From Minisyncoccota bacterium (lineage in GTDB: Bacteria; Patescibacteriota; Minisyncoccia; JAHIHE01; JAGLIN01): DNA of 38,370 nucleotides. The notes below the pieces were generated by a model. The model was given only the letters and a program-made list of their open reading frames with translations. It made no database searches and was not told the origin of the DNA. The translations under genes were made by a program, and so were the position numbers. Below, piece by piece: positions 16,661 through 23,701 of the stretch; positions within the stretch are counted from its first letter, which is position 1, and the number at the start of each line of letters is the position of its first letter. The stretch covers positions 1 to 38,370 of the forward strand of contig JAGLSJ010000001.1 in assembly GCA_023270095.1 (NCBI GenBank). The letters are read 5' to 3'.

Positions 16661-16732
16661 GCCGCCTTCGTCTAACGGTTAGGACACCAGGTTCTCATCC
16701 TGGCAATAGGGGTTCGATTCCCCTAGGTGGTA
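16661..16732 (+). tRNA. tRNA-Glu (anticodon CUC), CCA not encoded
   Basis: Cloverleaf folded by hand. Acceptor GCCGCCT/AGGTGGT with two G-U pairs. D arm GTCT..AGGA, as in E. coli tRNA-Glu. Anticodon stem CCAGG/CCTGG with loop TTCTCAT. T arm AGGGG-TTCGATT-CCCCT. Confidence 0.85.
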
Positions 16733-16744
16733 CACACTAAATCG

Positions 16745-16767
16745 TCCCTTAAATAAGGGATTTTTTT
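16745..16767 (+). terminator. Rho-independent terminator after tRNA-Glu
   Basis: TCCCTT-aaat-AAGGGA followed by T7. Confidence 0.7.
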
Positions 16768-16829
16768 ATACCCCTTAAATAAAAATCAACCCCCTTTAAT
16801 TAGATTTCTTTTATGAACAGGATCTTCTA

Positions 16830-16857
16830 TTGACATTTTATAATATTTCAATAATAT
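16830..16857 (+). promoter_or_regulatory. Sigma70-like promoter for the 66-aa Cys protein
   Basis: TTGACA (16830-16835), 16-nt spacer, TAATAT (16852-16857). SD GGAGGTG lies at 16867-16873. Confidence 0.6.
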
Positions 16858-16881
16858 TATGAATATGGAGGTGTTAGCCAA

Positions 16882-17082
16882 ATGGCTGAATATAGTGATA
16901 AAATGAAAACATTGTTTAGGAAAGCAAATCCACAATGCGATGCGGTAAACTGCGAAAAAGGTGACTTCCTTGTTTCTGAAAATACATGGGGAAATGTAAT
17001 CTGTGTAGGTTGCATGATACAGGGCAAAAATTTTGGTAAACCAATGATTATGCCAGAAGATTTTGTAATCCCATCTATGTAA
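16882..17082 (+). CDS. Small (66 aa) four-cysteine protein, a putative zinc-ribbon-like fold
   Basis: Strong SD GGAGGTG 8 nt upstream of the ATG. Cys pattern Cx4C ... Cx2C (CDAVNC ... CVGC). No family recognised. Confidence 0.65.
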   Translation: MAEYSDKMKTLFRKANPQCDAVNCEKGDFLVSENTWGNVICVGCMIQGKNFGKPMIMPEDFVIPSM

Positions 17083-17134
17083 GTTACTTGGTACTGTGCC
17101 TAATATATATTAAATAGGGTAGATAATTTATTAT

Positions 17135-17281
17135 TTACTCTTTATTTTTTATATAATCCAATTCACTAATCGCTTCATGCAATTTCTCTAATTCTTTAAT
17201 CAATGGATTCCAATTCTCATTGCAGAGGTATACCTTTGCATACTTTAAATTGTTTGGTGTACGAGTATTGATTATTTGCAT
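17135..17281 (-). CDS. Possible 48-aa ORF (MQIINTRTPNNLKYAKVYLCNENWNPLIKELEKLHEAISELDYIKNKE)
   Basis: ATG-initiated ORF convergent with 16882-17082. It has no SD, and its start overlaps a plausible promoter for the downstream + strand gene. Confidence 0.2.
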   Translation of the reverse strand: MQIINTRTPNNLKYAKVYLCNENWNPLIKELEKLHEAISELDYIKNKE

Positions 17282-17324
17282 GTAACTGCTATGATGAGTA
17301 TATTAATTTTATTAATCAATAACA

Positions 17325-18020
17325 ATGATATATCCAATAAGAATAAACAAATATTTAGCGGAGAAGAAAATTTGCAGTAGGAGGGAGGCTGATGAGTTGA
17401 TAAAAAACGGAAAGATAATTATAAATGGCAAAGTGGCGGAGTTAGGAGAAATGGTTTTGGAATCTGATGAGGTTGTAGTGGATGGTAATTTGAAAAAGCT
17501 TGTTTATTTAGCATATAATAAACCTAAAGGAGTTGTGACTCATACAGGACAAGAAGGAGAAACCTCAATTTCCGATATTATAAAATTAGACACTGATGTT
17601 TATCCATTAGGTAGGTTGGACAAGGATTCACGCGGATTGATACTTTTGACAAATGATGGTCGCGTGACGGATAAACTACTTAATCCAATTTATTCTCATG
17701 ATAAAGAATATATTGTGAAGGTTAATAAGTTTATCGATGAAAACTTTGAGAATGAAATGATTAACGGTGTGCAAATTGGTGGTGGTTATAAAACAAAAAA
17801 ATGTGTATTCAAAAAAATTGATGATTTTACTTTTTCAATTATATTAATTGAAGGAAAAAATAGACAGATTCGAAATATGTGTAAGGTTTTGGGATTTGGG
17901 GTTGTTGATTTGAAAAGGGTTAGGGTGATGAATGTTGAGTTGAATGACTTAAAGCAGGGGAGATATAGAGTAATTAATAATGAAGAGCTGGATAAATTTT
18001 TGACGGATTTAGGTTTGTAA
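17325..18020 (+). CDS. RsuA/RluB/RluF-family rRNA pseudouridine synthase with an N-terminal S4 domain
   Basis: S4-like N-terminus (RINKYLAEKKICSRREADELIKNGKIIING) and the catalytic motif GRLDKDSRGLILLTNDG. Confidence 0.88.
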   Translation: MIYPIRINKYLAEKKICSRREADELIKNGKIIINGKVAELGEMVLESDEVVVDGNLKKLVYLAYNKPKGVVTHTGQEGETSISDIIKLDTDVYPLGRLDKDSRGLILLTNDGRVTDKLLNPIYSHDKEYIVKVNKFIDENFENEMINGVQIGGGYKTKKCVFKKIDDFTFSIILIEGKNRQIRNMCKVLGFGVVDLKRVRVMNVELNDLKQGRYRVINNEELDKFLTDLGL

Positions 18021-18091
18021 GTTTTTTCAATTTCAGATATTATTTTTTAAGAGAGCATTGAATAAAATATTTTTACATAAGGTCTTAATTA

Positions 18092-18120
18092 TTGACATGG
18101 TTAATATTTGTGCTATTATA
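18092..18120 (+). promoter_or_regulatory. Sigma70-like promoter heading the Cys micro-ORF region
   Basis: TTGACA (18092-18097), 16-nt spacer, TATTAT (18114-18119). Confidence 0.5.
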
Positions 18121-18145
18121 TACCTAAGATAACTTTAAAGTATTT

Positions 18146-18190
18146 ATGAAAACATTTTCAAACCAAATTTGTTGTTGTAGCGTCCTGTAA
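18146..18190 (+). CDS. 14-codon micro-ORF MKTFSNQICCCSVL
   Basis: The ATG lies 27 nt downstream of the predicted -10. It has three consecutive TGT codons and no clear SD. Confidence 0.2.
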   Translation: MKTFSNQICCCSVL

Positions 18191-18403
18191 TCAGGTTGGT
18201 TTTTAAGTGTTGTGTAAATTTTTTGTAAATTGATTTAAATGATGTTTATAAGCCCGCCTGTTTGGCGTGTTTTTTATTGTACTAGGGCAGTATAGTATGG
18301 GTATGCGGATGGATGTAAACCATTTATAACATAGGTTTAAATCCGATTCCCGGCTTTCAAGAGTTTTAATAGAAAATAAAAATAAAAATGTAAATGAGAA
18401 GTG

Positions 18404-18532
18404 ATGAAAATGGAAAATAAAAAGGTTATAGATACAAATGGTTGTGTAAATTGTTCTAAAAAAGGACAAGAAGCGATTGAGTGTTGTAAAAAAACTTGGG
18501 AAGTTAATGAGCATAAACCGCATTCCTGTTAA
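18404..18532 (+). CDS. 42-aa Cys/His-rich peptide MKMENKKVIDTNGCVNCSKKGQEAIECCKKTWEVNEHKPHSC
   Basis: ORF followed 6 nt later by a strong hairpin terminator. Weak purine-rich SD (GAGAAG). It has 5 Cys and 2 His. Confidence 0.45.
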   Translation: MKMENKKVIDTNGCVNCSKKGQEAIECCKKTWEVNEHKPHSC

Positions 18533-18537
18533 ATTTT

Positions 18538-18576
18538 TCTAGAGAGGATTTTAAATGAATTTAAGCCTCTCTAGAA
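18538..18576 (+). terminator. Hairpin terminator after the 42-aa ORF
   Basis: TCTAGAGAGG...CCTCTCTAGA, a 10-11 bp stem, followed by an A/T-rich tail. Confidence 0.6.
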
Positions 18577-18644
18577 AAATATTTTAAAATCTTAAAGATA
18601 GAGATTTGAGTATTTTTTTAAAATTACAAAACACAAAATATTAT

Positions 18645-18735
18645 TGTTATCGCGAGTGATGATAGAAGCATGGCAATCTAATAGTTAAGCTCTTTGCATG
18701 TAGTTTCGGGATTTTTCGTTTCACTCAGAATGACA
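18645..18735 (+). repeat. Dispersed imperfect-hairpin repeat, copy B (91 bp)
   Basis: TGTTATCGCGAGTGATGATAGAAGCATGGCAATCTA ... GTTTCGGGATTTTTCGTTTCACTCAGAATGACA. Collinear with the reverse complement of copy A. Confidence 0.85.
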
Positions 18736-18847
18736 TTTCGTAATTTAAAGTAATTTATTTAAACCCTTGTCTTTAAAATGAAATATCTCTGAATGTTAAA
18801 AAGAGATTCGATTACTGACAAAAAAAATAAAAAGAGGTGAGAGAATT

Positions 18848-18874
18848 ATGTGTGATTGTTGCACATGCTGTTAA
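18848..18874 (+). CDS. 8-codon micro-ORF MCDCCTCC
   Basis: A near-consensus SD, AAGAGGTGA (18832-18840), sits 7-8 nt upstream of the ATG. Five of the eight codons are Cys. Confidence 0.35.
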   Translation: MCDCCTCC

Positions 18875-18893
18875 AATTGGCATCTAAAAAAAG

Positions 18894-18929
18894 AAGGCTT
18901 GGAGTGGATGGAAATCCATTCTAAGCCTT
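18894..18929 (-). terminator. Rho-independent terminator of the minus-strand prephenate dehydratase gene
   Basis: AAGGCTT...AAGCCTT stem with an inner TGGAT/ATCCA stem. The A7 run at 18886-18892 gives the U-tract on the minus strand. Confidence 0.65.
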
Positions 18930-18965
18930 ATTAACTATTATGAGTTTAGAAAAAATAAGATGTTT

Positions 18966-19580
18966 TTATTTGTTTAAATTTTCCCCCACAACAAAAGTTG
19001 TAAAATTGAATTTGAGATCTTGAATACTTTCTTCGAGTATATCTAGGTTATATAATTTCTTGCATATTTTTGGTGCGATAACGGCAGTGTCTGAGGTTAA
19101 TGTATTATTATGTAAATCTTTTGCTGCACTTGCTGTATCAGAATATTCTTGTAATTTTATGTTTGGTAATTTTTGTTTAATATACATTCTACATTGTTTT
19201 AGTGCTTGAGGATGGGAGGCAATTTTTTTTATGTCACTGACATTTATTCCTCTTTGAACAAGAAGACAGTGTTGCACATCGATTTCAAATATTTTTTTAA
19301 TATTAAAATTATAATTACTGATAGCATAAATTGCTTCGATTACAATTCCGCCATTTGAATTTTCGATTGGAAAAATTGCTTTATCAATTTTTTTATCATG
19401 CAATGTTTTGAGAGTTTTTTCTGCATTAATTAAATATTTTAATTTATAATTTTTTATATTATTTTTTTGGCAATAATAGTTTGCAGCTTCTTCAGAAAAG
19501 CTTCCAACATTTCCTGAGATTCCAATTTTAATTTCCTTTTTCATATTTATTTCTTTAATGATATAATTATATTCTAGCAT
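18966..19580 (-). CDS. pheA: Prephenate dehydratase (PDT domain only, no ACT domain)
   Basis: KIGISGNVGSFSEEAA ... FPIENSNGGIV ... SHPQALKQC, which are PDT-type strings. The internal Met at 19544 (MKKEIKIG) is the more likely start. Confidence 0.8.
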   Translation of the reverse strand: MLEYNYIIKEINMKKEIKIGISGNVGSFSEEAANYYCQKNNIKNYKLKYLINAEKTLKTLHDKKIDKAIFPIENSNGGIVIEAIYAISNYNFNIKKIFEIDVQHCLLVQRGINVSDIKKIASHPQALKQCRMYIKQKLPNIKLQEYSDTASAAKDLHNNTLTSDTAVIAPKICKKLYNLDILEESIQDLKFNFTTFVVGENLNK

Positions 19581-19679
19581 AAAGAGAAAATAATGCTATT
19601 TTTATTTCCACTTGTCATATAATTCAAAAGTTGTATAATATAAAAATAGGTTGAATTTTATTTATTTATTAAGCTTAGC

Positions 19680-20258
19680 ATGTCTGAGATTTTAGAAAAT
19701 TTATTTCGTTCAAAAGCTGAAGTGAAACTTCTGCGTCTTTTTTTGAATAATCCAGAGGAGGAATATCTTTTTAATGAGATTGTCAGTAGTTCAAGAATGA
19801 AAGCTCCTTTGACGCGTAAAGAGATTAATAATTTTTTAAAAATTAAATTTTTAGTTCAACGAAAAAAAACAAAAAAAATATATTACTCTGTTAATAAGAA
19901 TTTTATTCTTTATAACGAATTAAAGAGATTAATTTTCAAAGCAAGTCCAGCTTCGTCTGATAAAATTTCTAGTCAAGTTATGAAATTAGGTAAAATAAGA
20001 TTCGTATTAATTTCAGGAGTTTTTTTGAATTCTGATAAAACCCAAATTGATATTTTGATTGTTGGAGAAAACATTAATAGAAATAAATTAAAAACTTTTT
20101 TATCTAATATTGAGGCAGAAGTTGGCAAAGGAATTAACTATGTTTGCATGAGTACGGATGAACTTCGATATAGAAAGGGTATGTTTGACAAGTTTATAAT
20201 AAACATCTTTGAAAGTCCACATAAAGTTTTGATCGATAGAATGAAAAAAGATATTTGA
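19680..20258 (+). CDS. Hypothetical protein with an N-terminal winged-helix-like region
   Basis: The N-terminus (KAEVKLLRLFLNNPEEEYLFNEIV...) resembles wHTH regulators. The C-terminal half is unassigned. Confidence 0.6.
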   Translation: MSEILENLFRSKAEVKLLRLFLNNPEEEYLFNEIVSSSRMKAPLTRKEINNFLKIKFLVQRKKTKKIYYSVNKNFILYNELKRLIFKASPASSDKISSQVMKLGKIRFVLISGVFLNSDKTQIDILIVGENINRNKLKTFLSNIEAEVGKGINYVCMSTDELRYRKGMFDKFIINIFESPHKVLIDRMKKDI

Positions 20259-20288
20259 TTTAGATTTTTAGATAGCTTTATTTAGGAT

Positions 20289-20314
20289 AAGCAATATTTG
20301 CAGATTGCTTTTTT
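20289..20314 (+). terminator. Rho-independent terminator
   Basis: AAGCAAT-atttgcag-ATTGCTT followed by TTTT. Confidence 0.7.
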
Positions 20315-20410
20315 ATTTTTTATTTAGTGGGTGTCTTAAAGCATAGAAAGTGATGGACATCTGATATAATTTTTGTTTAAATTACCTTGAATTACAAAAT
20401 ACTATTAAAA

Positions 20411-20524
20411 TGTCACCTTGAAATGATTCGCTAGCTGGTGAAAATTGAGAGATCTGAAATCATAATAAATGAGCTTGATTATGTTTATAGATTTCTCATA
20501 GCTACCACTCCCACGAAACGACAA
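20411..20524 (+). repeat. Dispersed imperfect-hairpin repeat, copy E (degenerate)
   Basis: TGTCACCTTGAAATGATTCGCTAGCTGGTGAAAATTGAGAGATCT ... AGATTTCTCATAGCTACCACTCCCACGAAACGACA. Same end logic but lower identity. Confidence 0.55.
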
Positions 20525-20583
20525 GTTGTTGTCAATAAATGATAAATTTATTATAATAAATTAGATTCTAAAAATAAAAATGA

Positions 20584-21825
20584 ATGAGTATTTCTTCAAA
20601 ATTATTTGGAAATAAGCTTAATGATTATTTTATATCACTTGATATTGGTTCGGAAGTTGTTAAGGCTTTAATTGTGCAATTAGACAGGAAAAATGAAAGA
20701 GCTTTTATTATTGGTGTTGGAAAAAGATATCAGAAAAATGAGAATATCTTAATTGATGTTAAGGATAATTTCCAAAATATTGTTTCTGTTTGTGCTTTCG
20801 CAGTTGACGATGCAGTAAAAATTGCTAAAATAAGGCCTAGAAAAATTATCATTGGAATGGATGGAAATTTTGTAAAGGGTGTTTCAATTAAAATTAATTA
20901 TAAAAGAAAAACAAATAAAGACAGAATAGGAGAGAAAGAGCTGAAAAGTATTATCGCTGAGGTTCAAAGAAATTTACATGAGAATGTGAGGAAAATTGTA
21001 CAAAAAAAGGAAGCTTTTGATTCTGATATATTTATTACTCATTCTTCGATAACAAATATTAATATAGATGGCTATAAAGTAATTAATCCTATAGGATTCA
21101 AAGGAAGCAACATTGAATTTTCTATATTCAATTCATTTATGCTTCATTCTCACTATGAATTAATAAAAAATATTTCCAAGAAGTTAAATGCGGAGTTGCT
21201 GGAAATTGTTTCGCAGTTATATGCAGTCTCAATCGCAAAGGGAATAAAAAATATTTCAAAATCAAATATTATACTTGTTGATATTGGAAGAAAAACGACC
21301 AGTGTAGCTGTGTTATATAAAGGGATTATTGAAAGCGTTAAATCTTTTAATATTGGAGAAAAATCTTTTAATCACCATTCGTTAAGTGAATTTGATCTAA
21401 AAGCTACAGAAACTGAAAATCCTGAAAAGAGATGTAATAAAGGTAGAATGGACGAATCATCATCTGATAAAATTAATAAAGCGTTTGAAAATTATGAAAT
21501 TTTGTTAGATGGTATTGAATTGTCTTTGGAAGATTTTGCACATATAAATTTAGCTTCTTTTAAGATATTATTTTATGGAGAGGGAAGTGGGTTCTCTGAA
21601 AATAATAGGGATGTGATAATCAAGTTACTGAGCAAAAGATTATTTCCTTTTTCTAAAATGAAAATAGATTTTATTGATTATCGCGATATCTTAAAAATAA
21701 AAGATAAAACAAACGAAATAAAAGATTTTCAATATATAAATTCTTTAAGTTTAGCAAATTTTATTTTCGATAAAGAAGTTGAAGAAGATCAGTGCAATAA
21801 AATTTTAAATAATATTATTAAATAA
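20584..21825 (+). CDS. Actin-fold ATPase of the FtsA/PilM type
   Basis: Phosphate-1-like ISLDIGSEVVKA and phosphate-2-like VDIGRKTTSVAV, where GGGT is replaced by GRKT. Confidence 0.6.
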   Translation: MSISSKLFGNKLNDYFISLDIGSEVVKALIVQLDRKNERAFIIGVGKRYQKNENILIDVKDNFQNIVSVCAFAVDDAVKIAKIRPRKIIIGMDGNFVKGVSIKINYKRKTNKDRIGEKELKSIIAEVQRNLHENVRKIVQKKEAFDSDIFITHSSITNINIDGYKVINPIGFKGSNIEFSIFNSFMLHSHYELIKNISKKLNAELLEIVSQLYAVSIAKGIKNISKSNIILVDIGRKTTSVAVLYKGIIESVKSFNIGEKSFNHHSLSEFDLKATETENPEKRCNKGRMDESSSDKINKAFENYEILLDGIELSLEDFAHINLASFKILFYGEGSGFSENNRDVIIKLLSKRLFPFSKMKIDFIDYRDILKIKDKTNEIKDFQYINSLSLANFIFDKEVEEDQCNKILNNIIK

Positions 21826-21835
21826 AAATAAAATT

Positions 21836-23569
21836 ATGAAGGATGAGAATCAAAATAAAATATTTATAGAAACGGACGAAGATATGCCTTCAATCGTTAA
21901 TAGAATTAGTAAGTGTGCTAGTAGCGAAGTGGTTTTAGTTGTTCCTGCGGAGGCGCTTATTTTAAGAAGCATTATAAACTTGAAGATATTAAAAAAAAGA
22001 GCAGAAGAAATAAATAAAAATATTTCAATTTTAAAAACCGAAAATTTAGGTGTTAATCAAAATCAATTTGTGGAAAAAGATGAAAGTAACGTTGTTAGTT
22101 CTGTTGTAAAAAATATCGATAAAACCTTAGACTTAAATAAGGATATTGTTGAAAAGAAAAACATATATCAAAAGGATGATCTTCGTACTGAAAATCAAGA
22201 TAATAAAGCGAAAGTGTTTGATATTGTGAAGAAGGTTCAGGCCCCAGAGAGTAGTATTGAAAGTGAACGAAAAATTTTTGAAAAAAAAATTAATCATTAT
22301 GAAAATAAAACAAGTGAAAGGTTCACAAAGTCTTTTGATGATAATAAACTGAACAGTTGTAAGGATGTTGCAAAAAATAATAAAAAACGGAAAAAAACAA
22401 TAATTGTATCTGCTCTTAACTCAAAGTTACTTGTCTTTTTCATCTTGATGATTATCGTCACTGTGTCAATCGCTGCTTTTTTTATGTATCAAAAGGCAGA
22501 AATTAATATAGTTTTGAAAAAGGACTTAGCACTATATAGTTTTGAATTTACAGGAGATGAAAGTATTGAAAAGATTGACGCGAGTAATAATAAAATACCT
22601 TTGGATATTATAAAAATAGACAGTGAAGAAAGTGGTTTTTATCCAACTACTGGGAAAAAACATATAGAGGAAGAAGCAAGCGGGAAGATTACAGTCTTTA
22701 ATGAATATTCTTCTACTCCTCAGAGAATAGTTGCAAGTACAAGATTTTTATCAAAAACAGATAACAAGCTTTTTAGAGTAAGACAGGCTGTTACTATCCC
22801 AGGATTTTCAAGGGTTGAAGGAGTGGATATTCCTGGGCAAATTGTAATTACAGTTTATGCTGATAAGGTTGGAGAAGAATATAATATTGATCCCGATGCA
22901 TTTCATTTGCCAGGACTACAAGGTAGCGCAAAATATAATTCAATTTATGCAAGATCAACCAAGGAAATGACTGGCGGAATAAATCAAGAAGTGGCTTATT
23001 TTTCAGAAAGTGATTACATAACAGCTAAAGATAAGCTTGTAAAATTAGTTAAAGAAAAGAACGAACAAGATATTTCCAGCAAAATATCTGACGAGGTTGC
23101 TGATTTCAGTGACTTGAAAGAGGTGGGTGAAATAAAAGTTGATACAAATATAAAAGTAGGTGAGACTGCTGAGGATTTTGAGATTAATGTTTCAATGCAG
23201 TCTAGTCTTCCAATTATATTAAAAAACGATTTAAGTGAGCTGGTTGACAGAAAGGTTGACGAAAAATTAGAAAAAAACAAGATAGTTTTGGAAAATAGTA
23301 GAACATTCGAAGTAGGAAATATTTTAATGGATAAAGATGGTGAAGTTATAATTCCTGTTAGTACAAAACAATATATAGTAGCGGAAATTAATATTGACAA
23401 ACTAAAGGAGGAAATAGCAAATAAAAACGAGAAAGAATTAACTACGTATTTCAATAATATAAACGGTATAAAATCAACCAGTGTGAGTCTTGAGCCGAAA
23501 TGGATTAAGAAAATTCCTGCCGCTTATGATAAAATAAATATCACTATTGACATAAATAATTCTTTGTAG
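21836..23569 (+). CDS. Hypothetical bitopic membrane protein (577 aa)
   Basis: A roughly 65-aa N-terminal cytoplasmic module, a K/N-rich linker, one TM helix (LLVFFILMIIVTVSIAAFFMY) and a roughly 350-aa external domain. It starts 10 nt after the FtsA-like gene. Confidence 0.7.
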   Translation: MKDENQNKIFIETDEDMPSIVNRISKCASSEVVLVVPAEALILRSIINLKILKKRAEEINKNISILKTENLGVNQNQFVEKDESNVVSSVVKNIDKTLDLNKDIVEKKNIYQKDDLRTENQDNKAKVFDIVKKVQAPESSIESERKIFEKKINHYENKTSERFTKSFDDNKLNSCKDVAKNNKKRKKTIIVSALNSKLLVFFILMIIVTVSIAAFFMYQKAEINIVLKKDLALYSFEFTGDESIEKIDASNNKIPLDIIKIDSEESGFYPTTGKKHIEEEASGKITVFNEYSSTPQRIVASTRFLSKTDNKLFRVRQAVTIPGFSRVEGVDIPGQIVITVYADKVGEEYNIDPDAFHLPGLQGSAKYNSIYARSTKEMTGGINQEVAYFSESDYITAKDKLVKLVKEKNEQDISSKISDEVADFSDLKEVGEIKVDTNIKVGETAEDFEINVSMQSSLPIILKNDLSELVDRKVDEKLEKNKIVLENSRTFEVGNILMDKDGEVIIPVSTKQYIVAEINIDKLKEEIANKNEKELTTYFNNINGIKSTSVSLEPKWIKKIPAAYDKINITIDINNSL

Positions 23570-23701
23570 TAAACTAGCAAAGTAACTGATTAATAACTTA
23601 AGTTAGAAAATAATTTAGGGAGTTAATAAAATAGACCAGAGATGGTTCTAGTTGTTGTTTTGTTTATAAAATTTTTATATTAATTCTGTAGGTTTATATT
23701 T

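Noticed and set aside
18333-18358. tRNA/tmRNA-like T-arm (ATAGG-TTTAAAT-CCGAT followed by TCCCGGC)
   Set aside because: There is no complementary 5' acceptor strand (GCCGGGA) anywhere upstream. The T-stem has a mismatch, and no tag ORF or pseudoknot context is present. It is probably chance or a decayed fragment.
18203-18523. 106-aa minus-strand ORF in the track
   Set aside because: The product is low-complexity and Phe/Leu/Thr-rich, with no SD. It is antisense to the better-supported 42-aa ORF with its terminator, and it crosses a + strand hairpin with T-run.
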